A DNA stretch of 63,871 nt, the filler included, from Reticulomyxa filosa (taxonomy: Eukaryota > Protista > Foraminifera), in assembly GCA_000512085.1 (NCBI GenBank). It is 30 parts of 30 records of this genome, joined end to end, with 100 filler letters (N's around TTAATTAATTAA, not from the genome) between each part and the next. Parts side by side here need not be neighbours in the genome. Positions count along the whole stretch, not along the records: positions 36,238 to 37,970 come from ASPP01034372.1; positions 38,071 to 42,426 come from ASPP01022944.1; positions 42,527 to 43,854 come from ASPP01015873.1; positions 43,955 to 46,270 come from ASPP01036955.1; positions 46,371 to 48,423 come from ASPP01029502.1; positions 48,524 to 49,875 come from ASPP01012750.1; positions 49,976 to 52,075 come from ASPP01027216.1; 23 more parts are not named here. The stretch is one strand, 5' to 3'. This document shows, one piece after another, positions 36,647 through 50,363 of the stretch; the first letter of the stretch is position 1, and each line of letters begins with the position of its first letter. The notes below the pieces were generated by a model. That model was not told where the DNA came from and ran no database searches. It saw only the letters and a list, made by a program, of their open reading frames with translations. The position numbers and the translations under genes were made by a program.

Positions 36647-37847
36647 TTATATACATATATATATGTATATAATGTACTTTATTGAAAAATGACCGTTTTG
36701 TAGTGACTCCAAATTTTTAATGTGTTTTTTTTTTTTGTAGTGGGCAGAAAACGAATCAATGCAATTGTCGAATTTTGGATGCGCAAATGTAACTTGTCGC
36801 GAGTTGGTTGGATTCATGCTTCCAATACCATTGTTGTAAATGCCCTTTATGACAGAAAGGAAATTTTGAAGACTATTAACTTTCGTCACTATTGGAGCTG
36901 TCCACTCCAAATTGATGTTTGTATGTACAAGTTGTCTCGTTTTTGGTTTTTTTTTTTTCAATTCGATTATTGTGTGCGTACTAATTTTCAAGTTTTTTCA
37001 GGTAAAAAAAATTAACATTTGATGTTGATGATAAATGAGTATGGGCTTGCATTTGAAGAGGAGGGGAAAGAGATAGTGAATTGTCATGATTTTCTTTGTC
37101 ATAATGATTTTGACTATCAGACAATGGGTCCTCGTATGAACTGCTGGCACTTTCACTTTCGTGTTCATTCTCAGTGTCACTTTCATTATCACCATCCTTG
37201 TCATTATTATTATTATTATTGTTATCATAATCACTTGTATATTCATTTATTATGTAAATGCATTCTTTGTTTTTTGATTCATTTGTACTGGAAAGAGTTG
37301 GATTAATCATCAAATATGACAATATGGTCATCCCTCGATATGAGTTATCCTCGGTCATAGTCCCATAACCATAAGAATGAAAATAAGAATGAGACTGTGA
37401 ATTAAGCGAGATTCGATGAAGCTGGATTATAAGCTTGCTGTTTGAGAAGGGTAGAATAAGGAGTAGGTTGGATTATGTTGAACTGAGCAGCGTTGCCTTT
37501 CCAATCTTCCAACATTCCCTCCAAATTTGAACGACGTTTCGTTCTTTCCATTATATTTTTACATTGCTTGCTCGGCCAAAAATTGCATACACTTCTTGGC
37601 TTCCATTCATTATCGACGCAACACGGCCGTCCACCAACACACATAACAACAAACAGGCAATAACAAAACTTACTGTCAATAACTCTAGCCTTCCGATATG
37701 CATTCCCTTCGCCCAAGGGATTTCAGACCATTTCAAATATGTTAAGACTTGCATCTTTGCTTTTTTGTTTTCGACGTTCGTTTTCTTCACAAATATAGCT
37801 GAAAAAAGGACAAAAAGCAATTGAAACATAATTATCATTTTTTGCAA
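36647..37847 (-). CDS. Hypothetical multi-exon gene fragment with an acidic/Asn-rich region
   Basis: Successive minus-strand ORFs (37551-37847, 37402-37716, 36981-37358, 36647-36991) separated by intron-like A/T runs; no motif recognised. Confidence 0.35.
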
Positions 37848-38637
37848 AGGAAAACAAGAAGTTTTCTGTTTAGAAAACTTGTACTACATTTGAATTCGGT
37901 GAGAGTGTAGATCTCCAAATAAGTTGCAACTTCGACTTGGTTCATTGAAATAATCATAATCATAATCATTNNNNNNNNNNNNNNNNNNNNNNNNNNNNNN
38001 NNNNNNNNNNNNNNTTAATTAATTAANNNNNNNNNNNNNNNNNNNNNNNNNNNNNNNNNNNNNNNNNNNNTTTGACTCCAGAAACAAAAAAAAGTTGAAA
38101 ATCACTATTTACTTCGTTGGAACAGAATGCTGCTACGTTGGAATTAACGGCTAACCAGATGCACATGGCCCCTCAAATCTCAATGTTATGAAAAAGAAAA
38201 ACTAATTTTAACATTTTATTAATCAAAAATGGTCATACATTCTCCTTATGCCAACTTAGAACAATGTAAATCTGTTGGAAATTCAATACAGTGATGTTTA
38301 TTTCCCAATTTGTGTCTCTACAAATGTACTCAAAATGACCATCAACAAACAATTAGACTTCAAAACTAAAAATATTTTTTTCGATAAAAAGTGGATTCGC
38401 ATAATATGGTAATATTGTACATGCAATCAATCGAAAAAATGTTAAAGAAAAATAAACATATAAAATTAAGTTTTATTGACCACGAGAAATTTCGATATAT
38501 TTAAAATTTATCAAATTCAGAAATGTTAGGCAAACAGTTTTGTTGTCAGTGCTTAAGGACCAACAAGTTTCCCTTTTCTTTTTCAAAGAAAAATATCAGA
38601 AATAAGATCAGAAGAAGAAGCATTTTTCAAAAGCTTA

Positions 38638-39709
38638 TTGGAAGAGTGTATCTCCCTTCGTCTAAAAGTAAAGACGACGACAAAGAGGGCTTTGGTGAGA
38701 ATGAGTCAGAGCAAACATCCCCTGGAGTACGTCCAGGAATACGTGCGAATGGCCCGTGAGGCAACGATAGATAAGGAGAATTTGGACTATTTGAATCATC
38801 ACAAAACATTTTACATATGTGACATCACAGACAATCTCCAGTATTTGATGATTGTTGTTGAAATGGGATCATTTGTTGTATGTTGCGAAAACGGCGGATT
38901 GCCATCACATAACGCTTTATCGTCACTTCAGTTTTTCGAAATTACACATCACAACATCACCCCAACTTGTTTGGATACTGCCAAATTGATGATGGTTCAT
39001 ACAACGGACAATGAGCACAGCAAATTCGCATTTAATTTTCGAAGAAAGCATTACGGCAAAAACGAAAGGGAGAACAGATATTTAGAAGAATTTTGGAATG
39101 ATCTCGTTTTTTCCAAAGAAAAAGGGAAATATTGTTTTAAAGATGATTCGACCATATTATTAATTTCCTTTTTTTTTTTTATTTAAAAAAAAAAAATTAT
39201 GGTAAAAATAATGGACACTATTGTTGTAGTGTCATGATTTGTACCCAATTACAAAAAATGTTTTACTGAATTGGAAATTTCCGGAAACACATACGTGCGA
39301 TATTCATCCGATCAAAGTCGATTGTGTGTTGGAATTCAAATGCACCAAGATCTTCACTTTCACGAAAAAGGATTTTCAAGGCATGTCTTACGCCGGAATC
39401 ACGGAACAAACTGCAGAAAAATAATAATAGTGTCATTCATCACGATATGTACGGAGCGGAACAGCAGACAAGCCACTTTCTTGAGGGAATGCTATGCGCA
39501 GCAAGGTAAACCCTTTCGGGCTTGAAGAGACGCAGAAAGTTGAAACTAATGTATATGCCCATCATTGTCGAGGCTGTTCGCAATCCTTCAAAAGTGTTGA
39601 TGAAAGTGAACTGAAACTTGCATTTGATTTGCATAGTGCACATAACCCCATGCCGCCACAAACACCTGGGGGGCCACAACATACAAGAGTAATGTTTTTT
39701 TTAAATTGA
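38638..39709 (+). pseudogene. Hypothetical multi-exon gene with frameshifts
   Basis: A 182-aa ORF followed by overlapping shifted ORFs 39239-39709. A possible CxxC...HxxH (CRGC...HSAH) lies near the end. Confidence 0.4.
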
Positions 39710-39789
39710 CTTGAACAACTGTTATCACAGTGAAACCTTTGAAGGAAAAAAATGTCGAACACGCGTTCTCTTACATTAATTGTGATATA

Positions 39790-41700
39790 AAAACTCTTGC
39801 AATCCAAGTTCTTGCCAGGGATAGTGGTAAAATCAATTACTATTTCACACAGTCTTATGCGCTTCTTTTACATTTAAAATATTAAAGTTTAGAAATTTTT
39901 TTTTACGAGATTATAATTTGATCAAGATATTAGGTGAACTGGAGGAGAACATTAAAAATTTCATTAAAAGAAAAATCAAAACAACTACAATTGGCATAAA
40001 GACAAAAGTTTTTCAGTCAAAAAATTTGAGGCAAGTATCAAACACTTGCAATCAAAAATGCCACCGACTGTCGTTGTCTGCACTTCGTTTTACTGTTCTT
40101 ACTGGCATCGCAACCACCACAGCCACTTTCTCGATAAAAAAAGGTATTGTATACTTTTGAGATCTATGTTTTATACGTGTGTATTGATCATACATATTTC
40201 AATCAAATTATATAAAAAAAAAAAAACCATTATAACTTGGAATATAGGTTGCGTATGTAATCACTTTCAATTGTTCGACTTCAATCCGTCCATCATGAGC
40301 CACGTTACACGATATGGACCTCCGTTTTTTTTTTCCAAACTATGCGTTATTCAAAACGCAATACAGTGATCCGCATTTGATGCATTCCATCATTAATATA
40401 TATTGTTCAGCGATGAACAAATAAATTTATTAGAGAAATGACGGACGCGTGCGTTGTAGTGTGGCTTCCATGACTCGACAACAAATTGAGTTTTCAGCAG
40501 CAACAATTCGATCATGAGGTTGCCAGTTTTACTTTCATTTACTGCAACCATCGATATTGCTATTACTGTCGTTGCTGTCACAATTGTCATTATCGCTGGG
40601 AACTTGCTGCAGCACCAATGACAATGTGTACAGCAAAGACTTGTCTATCTGCATTCCAAAACTTCTTTGATATACCTTGGAATATCTATTGAAATATTTC
40701 AAGCAATACATATCACATAAATAGAAATAAATAATCAATATACGTATAAAGCTGTCGTGTTACTATTAGTTATCGAATACGTACATATAAAAAAAAAGTA
40801 TATAAAATAAACTTTTTCGAGCAATGGACCCAAACACGATTAAACGACAGGTAACATGAACTTGGAATATGTGCACATAAGTGACCAACCAAGACCATGT
40901 GGAAAGGAGGGGGGAGGGCTCGACTGCTGACATTAAATATGTCCACGTATCCACCCAGCAGAGCCCAGCGCCACCAACACATTGACAATATACAAACTTT
41001 TTTCTTGATAAATAATGACCAGCTTTCGAATCGTCGATGCAATTATCGACTGGCACAACGTTGTTGCTTTTTGTAACAAATGCGCAACAACATTAGCTTT
41101 TCCTTGCGCACCAAATCAAATCGTGGAATATAGCAGCGGCACCCAAGTATTGGCGCGCACAGCACCAGTCCAACGTGTTAAAACAATTGGCAAATGAGTA
41201 AAAAGAGGGCATGGACTGCGTTTCGTCGTTGCAATCATAAGCGTCACTGGCACTGCACTTGACATTGTCATATCCAGCAAGAAGTTTCCATTGGAGGCGC
41301 ATTATGTGAAATTAGTCCATACATAAGAATGCGCAAAGCCTCCACTCGCAGGTGTGAAAAGGCATTTCATAACAAAAGTAAAATTGGCAGACTGTTTGTT
41401 TTTTTGTTTTTTTTCTTTTTAAAACAAACCCAATACAGTTCCTCGGAATCTTCTTCCTATTATTCATCATCCATCCTATCTTCCTTTTTCTTGTTTGTCA
41501 ATGATGTTGGCTTTCCACCAAATTGAGCCACGATATCTGAAGTATAGTTTCATAGTTGGACAGTATCAAGATCCAGATTGTCTGCGATTGATCTGGGCAA
41601 TTTTTTTTTTCAACTGTTCCAATTCCATTATATAGTTAATATTTTCTAACATACCAAATTCATCCGCTATCGTCGTCCTTGTAATGAGAGAGGTACACTT
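39790..41700 (-). pseudogene. Decayed copy B of the multi-copy membrane-protein family
   Basis: Colinear with 20-1690. Minus-strand intron ending AAACAAACAG near 41392. Contains the LITRTTIADEFG segment shared with about 44450-44485. Confidence 0.7.
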
Positions 41701-42229
41701 TGCCATTGGGTAATTGTCGTTGCTGGAAATTCTCGCATCCATCCCCATTCGTCCATTCAACAATTTTTTAGATGGAGGATATCATTTTGTATTTTCTTTT
41801 TTGGACGTATTCTCGCTGTTGTTCTACTTTCTTGGTTTCTTGAGTGCCATACCAACACGTCGATCCCGGAGACAGTTTGGCAAAGATGATAGACGTTTGT
41901 TCGACAAACGCAAGGCAAACAACTCTTGCGGCGATGGTGTCGGAAAATGCGACCAAATTTCTATCTTTCTTCACCGATAGACAATGCTCAACGTCACCCG
42001 CGAGCTCACGATTCAGAATCCAAGTTGCGCATGTGCGCGCACGCGCGCACACACGGCCAGTTTCGGCACGAGTGTTTAATCTCTGCGTTCACAACAGTAA
42101 CACCATTTCCATGACGACCAAGCGTTTCTTGTTCGTTAGCGCCGGTAAATTGCATTCTTTGGTGCTGTGTCGCGCCAACAATTATCAACAGAGACTTTTG
42201 TGATTGTCCCAGTGCTTTGGGCCGCCAAT

Positions 42230-42420
42230 ACTTGACATTGCCACACTCACATTTTCCATTGGGGCGTGATATGGGAAGTTAGTTCATGCATGCTAATGGC
42301 GAATTTGCGTGTTTTCAAATATGAAGGACTATTTCATCACTAAATTCAACAAAGCCGGCAAACTGATTGTTTTTTTGTTTTTTTTCCTTTTAAACAAGTA
42401 CAAACAACTTTAACGCCTTT
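42230..42420 (-). pseudogene. Short second copy (C) of the same family carrying a 43-bp inversion
   Basis: Acceptor ...AACAATCAG|TTTGCCGGCTTTG matches copy D. The segment aligns to copy B only after 42283-42325 is flipped. Confidence 0.7.
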
Positions 42421-42587
42421 TTCTCCNNNNNNNNNNNNNNNNNNNNNNNNNNNNNNNNNNNNNNNNNNNNTTAATTAATTAANNNNNNNNNNNNNNNNNN
42501 NNNNNNNNNNNNNNNNNNNNNNNNNNAAAAAAAAAAAAAGGAGCATCGTTCAAGTAACATATTCAGCTTCCAAGGGACAAAACAGAT

Positions 42588-42804
42588 TCAAAAAGGATTG
42601 GAAAATGAAAACGAGAAAGGTGGTTTGTTATGATGGTGTTTGGACATGTCCGTCATGGCGACGTCATTAGTCAAGAGAACGATGGGTCGATTGGGTTGCA
42701 ATTGGATTTGGATTGGTGTCAGGTACGTCGAGGGATGGGTATATAGCATGTCTCCAATTGCAGTGGGAATGTTATGGCTCCCTCCATCGCTCCATTGTAA
42801 AATA

Positions 42805-42835
<31 letters not shown>

Positions 42836-43520
42836 AAGATTTGGGACGGTCGTTGTCGACATGGGTAGACGCCGCAGTAGCCGCGGGATTGAGATTGACC
42901 GCAGTTGCAGTATTCGTCAGAGTAGTCGTCGTTGTAGTAGTTGTTGTCGCTGTTGCCGCAAGAGGATTGGTAAGCGGTACAAACACCAAATTTTCCACTG
43001 GCGTGGATAATGCAGAAGAGGAAGAAGCAGCAGCAGCAGCAGCAGCAGAAGAAGAAGAGGAGGAGGAGGAGGAGGAAGCAGCAGCAGCAGCAGCAGAAGA
43101 AGAAGATGAAGATGAAGCAGCAGCAGCAGCAGATAAGGGACATGTCGTAATGGTACGTATATCCGATGGAATATATAGCTTTTCAAAAGTCAAATGATTC
43201 CAAGAGTCGCCTTCCAATTGATGATACTTTGACTTTTTTGACCTTGGCAGGAATTCGTTGACATTCACACTGGCATTGCCACTACTTTCGTTTCGCTTGC
43301 GCTTCACACTCGCAAATTCGTGCGCGCCTCCACCATCCACAGACGCATGAGCAGCAAGAGTAGGAGCAGAAGCAGGTGCTGCAGGTCCTGCCACAATAGT
43401 GTAGTCCATACCTTCGAGTTGTCGTTGCTCTCCTCTTCCTTCAGTTCGCAATGTCATGCCCATCATGTCTTTATAGCGCCTCTTCCTTTCACTCAAACTT
43501 TCGTTTTTTCGCATCTCCAT
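42588..43520 (-). CDS. Low-complexity Ser/Ala/Thr-rich, probably nuclear protein (internal exon)
   Basis: 310-aa ORF with basic clusters (RKRR, KRKR, RSKKSK) and homopolymeric A, S and T runs encoded by GCA/GAA/GAG triplet arrays at about 42808-42838 and 43017-43131. Confidence 0.65.
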
Positions 43521-43815
43521 CTATTTCCCATGCACATATACATGTTAACGGTAAATATATACATAAAAAGTATATATTCATATATGTACGTAATAATGTT
43601 TTCATAAAACAAATTTTTTTTTTTTTTTTTTTTTTTTTGAAAAAAAAAAACTTGGTTTTTGGCAACTAAGGACAAATCAGCTTCTTTGCAATCAAACCTT
43701 CTTCTACGTTCAATACATGTATTTACTTCAATCACACAGCGTGTGCGAATATGCTTTTATTTATTTTGTTGATTGATTTGATTGGTTTGAATGTAAGATA
43801 AATACACATACATAA

Positions 43816-43854
<39 letters not shown>

Positions 43855-43954
43855 NNNNNNNNNNNNNNNNNNNNNNNNNNNNNNNNNNNNNNNNNNNNTT
43901 AATTAATTAANNNNNNNNNNNNNNNNNNNNNNNNNNNNNNNNNNNNNNNNNNNN

Positions 43955-44500
43955 TTCGTTCATATTTGAAAACGTGCAAAATCGCCACTAATGTTTATAG
44001 CGAGCAATTTCATAATAAAACGCAGCAAAGCCTACAAACTTTTTTTTTAAAAAAAATAAAATCCAACGCGGTATAGCCCGGACTCTTGGAATATCCTTTC
44101 TTTTCTTCTTCTTCTCCTTTTTGCCAGTGATCTTGGCCATTTCGTATAATCCCTCAACCGAATTGGGCCACTCGCACATAGTGACTCTTCGAACGCCGTG
44201 ATTTGCTCGCCAACTAATGTTAACATTTTCTAACAACTTGCTCGTCACCTTATTTATTACCTTCTACTCCTTCGGTTATACAATCGCAGCCGCCGCAATG
44301 TTGATATCGCTGCCACTTTGCTCAATATCATCAAGTCTTCTTTTTCTTTTATCTTGGTAAGTTTGATTTTGTGATCATTCGGTACCAAGATCCAGTTTTC
44401 CTGAATTAATTTGATATAGCTTGTTCAATTATTCCAACGCTATCACCGAAGCCATCCGCTCTCGTCGCCCTTGTAATGAGAGCATTTCCAATAACGACCA
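43955..44500 (-). pseudogene. Diverged copy D of the multi-copy family
   Basis: CATCCGCTCTCGTCGCCCTTGTAATGAGAG (about 44453) against CATCCGCTATCGTCGTCCTTGTAATGAGAG (about 41661). FIMKLLAINISGDFARFQI aligns with FVMKCLFTPASGGFAHSYV. Confidence 0.65.
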
Positions 44501-46370
44501 TATCCGACGTTTGAATTAGCGATCCAATGATGGTACCATTATTATCTTCTTCTTCAGTCTTCAGCGTATTAGTCGTTCTGTAAATACTGCATAATGTACA
44601 AATGCAAGTATTGCTCTGCATTTAACAAGTCGTCCGTCAGCCCATAGTCGATCTCGGAGACAGTCCAGCGAAGGTAATCATAGTGACGCTTGCAGCAATC
44701 CACTGTTTTCACTGTTTGAGCCGTGAATGATGTTTGCGTCTTGGCTGTGCCTGTCGTCGTGGTTGTTTTTAAAAAGTGATAGCGAACGACCAACAACATT
44801 GTAAACAAAAATCCACTTCCAATCACCTCCATTGCACACAAACTCAGCGAAATCGCTTGAAAGGGCCACGATCTTCTCGTTACGCAAGATATTAGCTACA
44901 TACCACAAAATGCTATTACGCTACTAACAACAGTTTTCGCTTTATTGTTGAATCTGTCTCTATATACACAAGTATCCATTATTGTTTTTTTTTATTTTAA
45001 TAAAAAAAGATCTTGCGTTGTGAGTATGTATGAACACACGTGTAAATTGTCGGATTTGTTTACAGTGTTCATTGCCTGAAGTACAAATGAATGTAGATCT
45101 CAAATAACTAAAATGTCGTACAGAAGCCATTAATGTTTGTATCCTATTTTTTTTTGTTGGCTATTTCGCAATACTTGTTATACTTGACCCCGATAAATCG
45201 CTCCATCTTTGATGCTTTGCCATCCAATGTAGAGTTGCATTGACATACTGAATTCCATTTGAACTACCCCTTTGTTTTTATCGAAGGATAATCACCCGCG
45301 GAGACTTGCCTAATTATACGTTGATGGTGAGCAAATCTTTTCAATGATATAGGCTGCCACTGCCTTGATATTGCCACACTCGTCCAGCAGTTCCATTGGC
45401 GCTCTATCGCTTCTAGCGCTTTCACGGGATATTCTCCCAATTTTCTTTTTCCATTTCCCCCATTTTTTTTCATTTTCCTTTTTTTCTATTTTTATTCTTT
45501 TTTTTCCTTGTCATCTTTTTTTTTACGTTGTCACTTTTTTAAATTTTTTTATAATTGCCATCTTTTTTTTTTTTCTTTTTTCATTTTCAAATCTTTTTTT
45601 TCATTTTTTATTTTATCATTATCTATTTTTTCATTTTTTCATTTCTAAAATAAAATTTTTCCCCCATTTTCCCCCTATTTTTCTATCTTTTTTCCCAACT
45701 TTTTATTTTTCCAACTTTTCCCTATCCCTCTCAATACAAATAGAAATAAAAAATAAAAATAAAAAAACAAAAAAATTTCCAATATTTGCTCGACGATTTG
45801 CAACCTATAAACACAACGAGATCAAATAATTTTTTCATTTTTTTGAAGAAAAAAAATAAATGAAAACTTTGACTATGGGGCTTAGCTCCAATTCCAATCT
45901 TCTATTTATTTTTTCTTTTGTCAATGTGAAGGGGGGGGTTAAAAAAATTTTTGACGGAGGCATGCCTATTAACAAAACAAAATATTATTTTACAATAAAA
46001 TATAAAAAATAAAAAAAAATAAATTCAAACCCTTTTATTTTTTTTTCAATGCAGGATGGCTTCAACCCCTAAATTTTTCTTTGGAGGGTAGGAGAACATA
46101 TATTTTATTTTTTTTGCTGGACGGGTTGCGGCTGTTATTGAAAACACAGACAATCGATTATGTCAAAATATATACATATATTACGTAACAAACCATGTTT
46201 ACTCCTTGCGGAGACGGGGGGCCTTGCCCAATTATTTACTTTTTTTTTTCTTTTGTTGAAGGATGCACAGNNNNNNNNNNNNNNNNNNNNNNNNNNNNNN
46301 NNNNNNNNNNNNNNTTAATTAATTAANNNNNNNNNNNNNNNNNNNNNNNNNNNNNNNNNNNNNNNNNNNN

Positions 46371-46583
46371 TGTTCTGGATCAATGGATAATACAATTCGT
46401 TTTTGGGATATTCGTTCAAATAAAAACGAATTGTTTATGATTAAAGGAAATAAGAGAGGAGATGATGGAATAACTTGTCTTAAATTTATTGAATTGAAAA
46501 AGAAAGAGAAAACAAACAATGCTATATATGATTTGAATTTGTGCTATGGTTCATATAAAGGTCCCATTCGTATTTGGGGATAA
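46371..46583 (+). CDS. WD40-repeat protein, C-terminal fragment
   Basis: CSGSMDNTIRFWDIR WD40 unit; ends LCYGSYKGPIRIWG*. Close paralogue of 53474-53864. Confidence 0.9.
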   Translation, partial: CSGSMDNTIRFWDIRSNKNELFMIKGNKRGDDGITCLKFIELKKKEKTNNAIYDLNLCYGSYKGPIRIWG

Positions 46584-49226
46584 TTTAGTTTTTGTCAAAT
46601 AAGAAATAAAAGTTTTTTGTTTGTAAAATTTGATTAAAGAAAGGTAAGATGATATCAAACTGTTTGATTTGATTGAATGTAAGCATTGAAAGATGTGTTT
46701 TATCTTACTTTGTTGTTTAAAAATTTGAAAGCTTCGTTCAATGTTTTTTAAAGAATTAAAAAGCATGACGAAAATTTTATCCAAACATCAAAATAAATGG
46801 CAAAATATGTCAAGTGTTGTACTTTTTGTATAGAATTTTTTATAAAAATGTTACTCAAACCAATAGTGAATCATTGCAGAATATTATTAATACATGACGA
46901 ATTTATGACTTGATGAAAAGATTTCTATATATCTTAAATTACTTAACAATATAATATTCAACTTAGTCTATCAAAATATAAAAAATTAAAGTTATTGAAA
47001 TTGAAATATATTCTTCCAGATATCATATTTCACATTATGCTTTTACACCACTTGGACAAATTTAATTTAAGAAATAATTGATTATCCCTGATATAATTAC
47101 ATTTAATACAATAATCAAGTAAATGTACAATTATCAAATCTTAATTTACCTAATTTAATTTAATAACTTTTAAATAATATCTCCTTTATAAAATACCTTT
47201 CATCTTTAATAGCGAGACTAAGGAATTAATCTTTTCTTGATTCCTTCACCATGAAATGTCCATTCAAAACAAATTCAGAACAATTGTAAAGTTCTCTTTA
47301 CAACAAAAAAAACCCAAATAGTAAAAAAAAGGCAATACTGTGTTTATGGAAATGTATTGTAAATTTTGAACAATTACCCGAGATGACTTATGAAAGTACA
47401 CAATATACTCGCACATTATAGTGTAAATCCACTGTCGCTTGTTAATGAATCATCTATTAAATTTGCAGGAAGCACACAGGATGCAGGAAAGCATGAAGCA
47501 GAAATGAAGGTATTGATACAATTGTACGGTGACGTGGTAAAAGAAGATGTCTCAAGAAAAAGCTTGAACAAAGCAATGATAAGTGTCAATTGCGATTGAG
47601 CAGGCACATCTCTTGCTGATTCAGAGTGTAATGTATACTTTTACAAAAAAATACAATATAAGTATCATCACTTTTGTATCGAAAAACAAAATTAGAAGAA
47701 AAAGGAAAATATGACAAGAGACAAAAAAAATCAGGAAATAATACTAATAATGAAAAAGGTTGGATATAACTGATGAAAGAAAATAAATTAGAATTGCGTC
47801 GCACTAGTGTTTATGGAAAAGCAGGAACTGAATAAAAACAATGAGAAAAGTAATGAGTGAATTGAATACAAATTCAGAATTCAGTTTTGAGATAATTGTG
47901 TTCATATTTGGATAATAATCAAGAAGATTCAATCCACTGGACTTTAAATAATCATCAAACAAATGAAATAATTGATGAGTTAAAATTGTTGAAACTAGAA
48001 TAACTTTTAATTTCTTAGTATTTTTGCTTCTCCAAAAAACTTTTTTGAAATCAACAAGAATTTTTTGGTATTAATTTCTAGTTTACATAAAATTATAGGA
48101 AATGGATAATTTGAATGCATAAGAGCGTATAATTGAATATGAATTTTTTTTTTGAAATTCATTTTAAACAATTCCCATCAATAGTTTACGGATCATTTCC
48201 AGACTGGACCATTAAATTTAGATAAAATGTCAACACTTTACTATTATCCCAATAATTTCCAAAAACATATTGCCCTTTTTAAAATCACAAAGTTTATTCA
48301 ATGCAATCTGCATTCATATGCGTGTTCAAAGATACACACATTTACTTCTTTAACAAAAAAGGTGTAAAAAGTTATAATTACATACTACAGTAGATTGCAA
48401 AAAAAACTGCCATACCTAAATGGNNNNNNNNNNNNNNNNNNNNNNNNNNNNNNNNNNNNNNNNNNNNTTAATTAATTAANNNNNNNNNNNNNNNNNNNNN
48501 NNNNNNNNNNNNNNNNNNNNNNNGGCCTATATAAAAACGCGTTCCATTATGTTAATGACTTTTGTTGTATTATTACTGTGACATGTTAATGATTAATAAT
48601 TAAAAAAAATTTTAAGAGTTGCTAAAAATTTTAAGTAATGATTTAATTTTGTATTTATGAAGTTAATTTTTTGGCAAAGCGGACAAAGGATACACTCTGA
48701 GCAAAAGAGCCACAAATATAGTTAATTTTTTAGTTAAATTTTTTATAAAGCACGTGTGGTTTATTGTACAAGGCAGGATTTGAAAATTTGAAATTGTAAA
48801 TAAAGTCGATCGAGAAAAAATTTGTTCAACATCAGTGCTTGACCAAAAAAAGTAATTTTAGGAATGTTACTCACAAATACAAAGCATAATTTGGCTCTGT
48901 GGTCATATATTTAAAACAAAACAAACCAGGCGAAGAAATATTTGTTTAAAATAAATCGCTTATTTGACAAGTTTTGTAATAACTCGTGCAGTGCTATTCT
49001 TTTCAAAAACAAAGAAAAAAAGAAAATGGATGGAGAGCCAACTGAACAAAACAAAATAAAACAAAACAAAAACATGTGGACTCTCTTTTTGTTAAACTAC
49101 ATCTCCTAAGGGGGGAGAAAAAAAAAGAAAAACAAAACAAATAAGGGGGGGGGGAGAAGAGGGGAAAAAAAAGCAATTGATCCAACAAGTTTCAAGAAAA
49201 TCAATCTGTCAAGAAAAGAACAAGGA

Positions 49227-49875
49227 TTATCGATTATCAAGAAAAATGCGAACAATGATGGAAGGAATGACGGCAAGCAAAGCAGTGATAACAGCTTTGG
49301 AATGAAAGTTGTTCATTCGAATGCCCCAAAGTTGTGGTGTGATCTCTTTGGCTCCAACGTGTTGCACAAGTGCATCCATGCTTCCAACCAACATCTTCAA
49401 CTCTTCAATTTTTGAGACATCCACAGAGTGGTACCTATGATATAATTTATCGGATAAATGTATTAAAAAAAAAAAAAAAAAAAGAACAAGTGAATTGGAT
49501 AGTATTAAACTTTTCTTGTTTCAACAAATGCTTCATCGTCTGCGAATACAAAATGATTTTCTGTCTTTGTAAGCGATTGAGTTGCTGTTCGTTTTCTTTT
49601 CCAAAGCGATAACCGATCCACAGGAAATAGACAAAGTAGTACAACGAGACGACGAAGATATAGAGCTCCTGTAAAAAGAGCGGATTGCTGATGGGCTTGG
49701 TCCCTCCCGTGAAATTGCCAATGCGTTTTCCAATGGTCGGGACGACAGCGATTGTGATGAACAGCAGCGACACGAAGCAAGACATCATCAACGCCAAGGC
49801 TTGGATCTCCAGTCCACTGAACACCAAGTCTCCTTTGCGATGGATAAAACGAGCGCAATCGAAGCCACGCAAAAA
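49227..49875 (-). CDS. Multi-pass membrane protein C-terminus, PHTF-like; 5' partial
   Basis: Two exons join in frame across the GT-AG intron at 49435-49510. Three hydrophobic helices. R.I.RKG, LQRQKIILY and PQLWGIRMN recall PHTF1/2 R..KRRG, LLTEQINLY and PFRLYGLTMN (recalled by eye). Confidence 0.5.
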
Positions 49876-50363
49876 NNNNNNNNNNNNNNNNNNNNNNNNN
49901 NNNNNNNNNNNNNNNNNNNTTAATTAATTAANNNNNNNNNNNNNNNNNNNNNNNNNNNNNNNNNNNNNNNNNNNNCTATACTGCAAATGGATCGGAACTC
50001 AGCATGGACCATAAGAAGATTTTCTAATTTTTTTTTTCAAAAATGTTTATGAATAATATGAATATTTACTTAATTGAAATATTTTTTTTTTTAAAAAAAG
50101 AAATATGGTTCGTATTAGATTATTACTGATTGATTTAAAGATTTTGTTGAGAACAATAATTATTTATTATTTGAAAATTCAGGTTCGAAAAGATGCAGTG
50201 TTGATACATGTTCCAAGTGTTTCTAAGTTAAACCAAAAAACACCCTTTTTTTCTAGTGTTTCTTCTCTTTTAGGAAGAATCAATTTGACTGAAAAATTCT
50301 GTAATATACTTTTTATTTCTGGATTTGAAGCTGACTTTTTGAAACTCTTTCTCTTTTTGACAG

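Noticed and set aside
42772-43197. Poly-Cys, poly-Leu and poly-Glu ORFs
   Set aside because: They are alternative frames or the antisense of the GCA/GAA triplet arrays in the 42588-43520 ORF.
45365-45829. 154-aa Phe-rich ORF as a membrane protein
   Set aside because: It arises from a T-rich low-complexity tract that lacks stops by composition.
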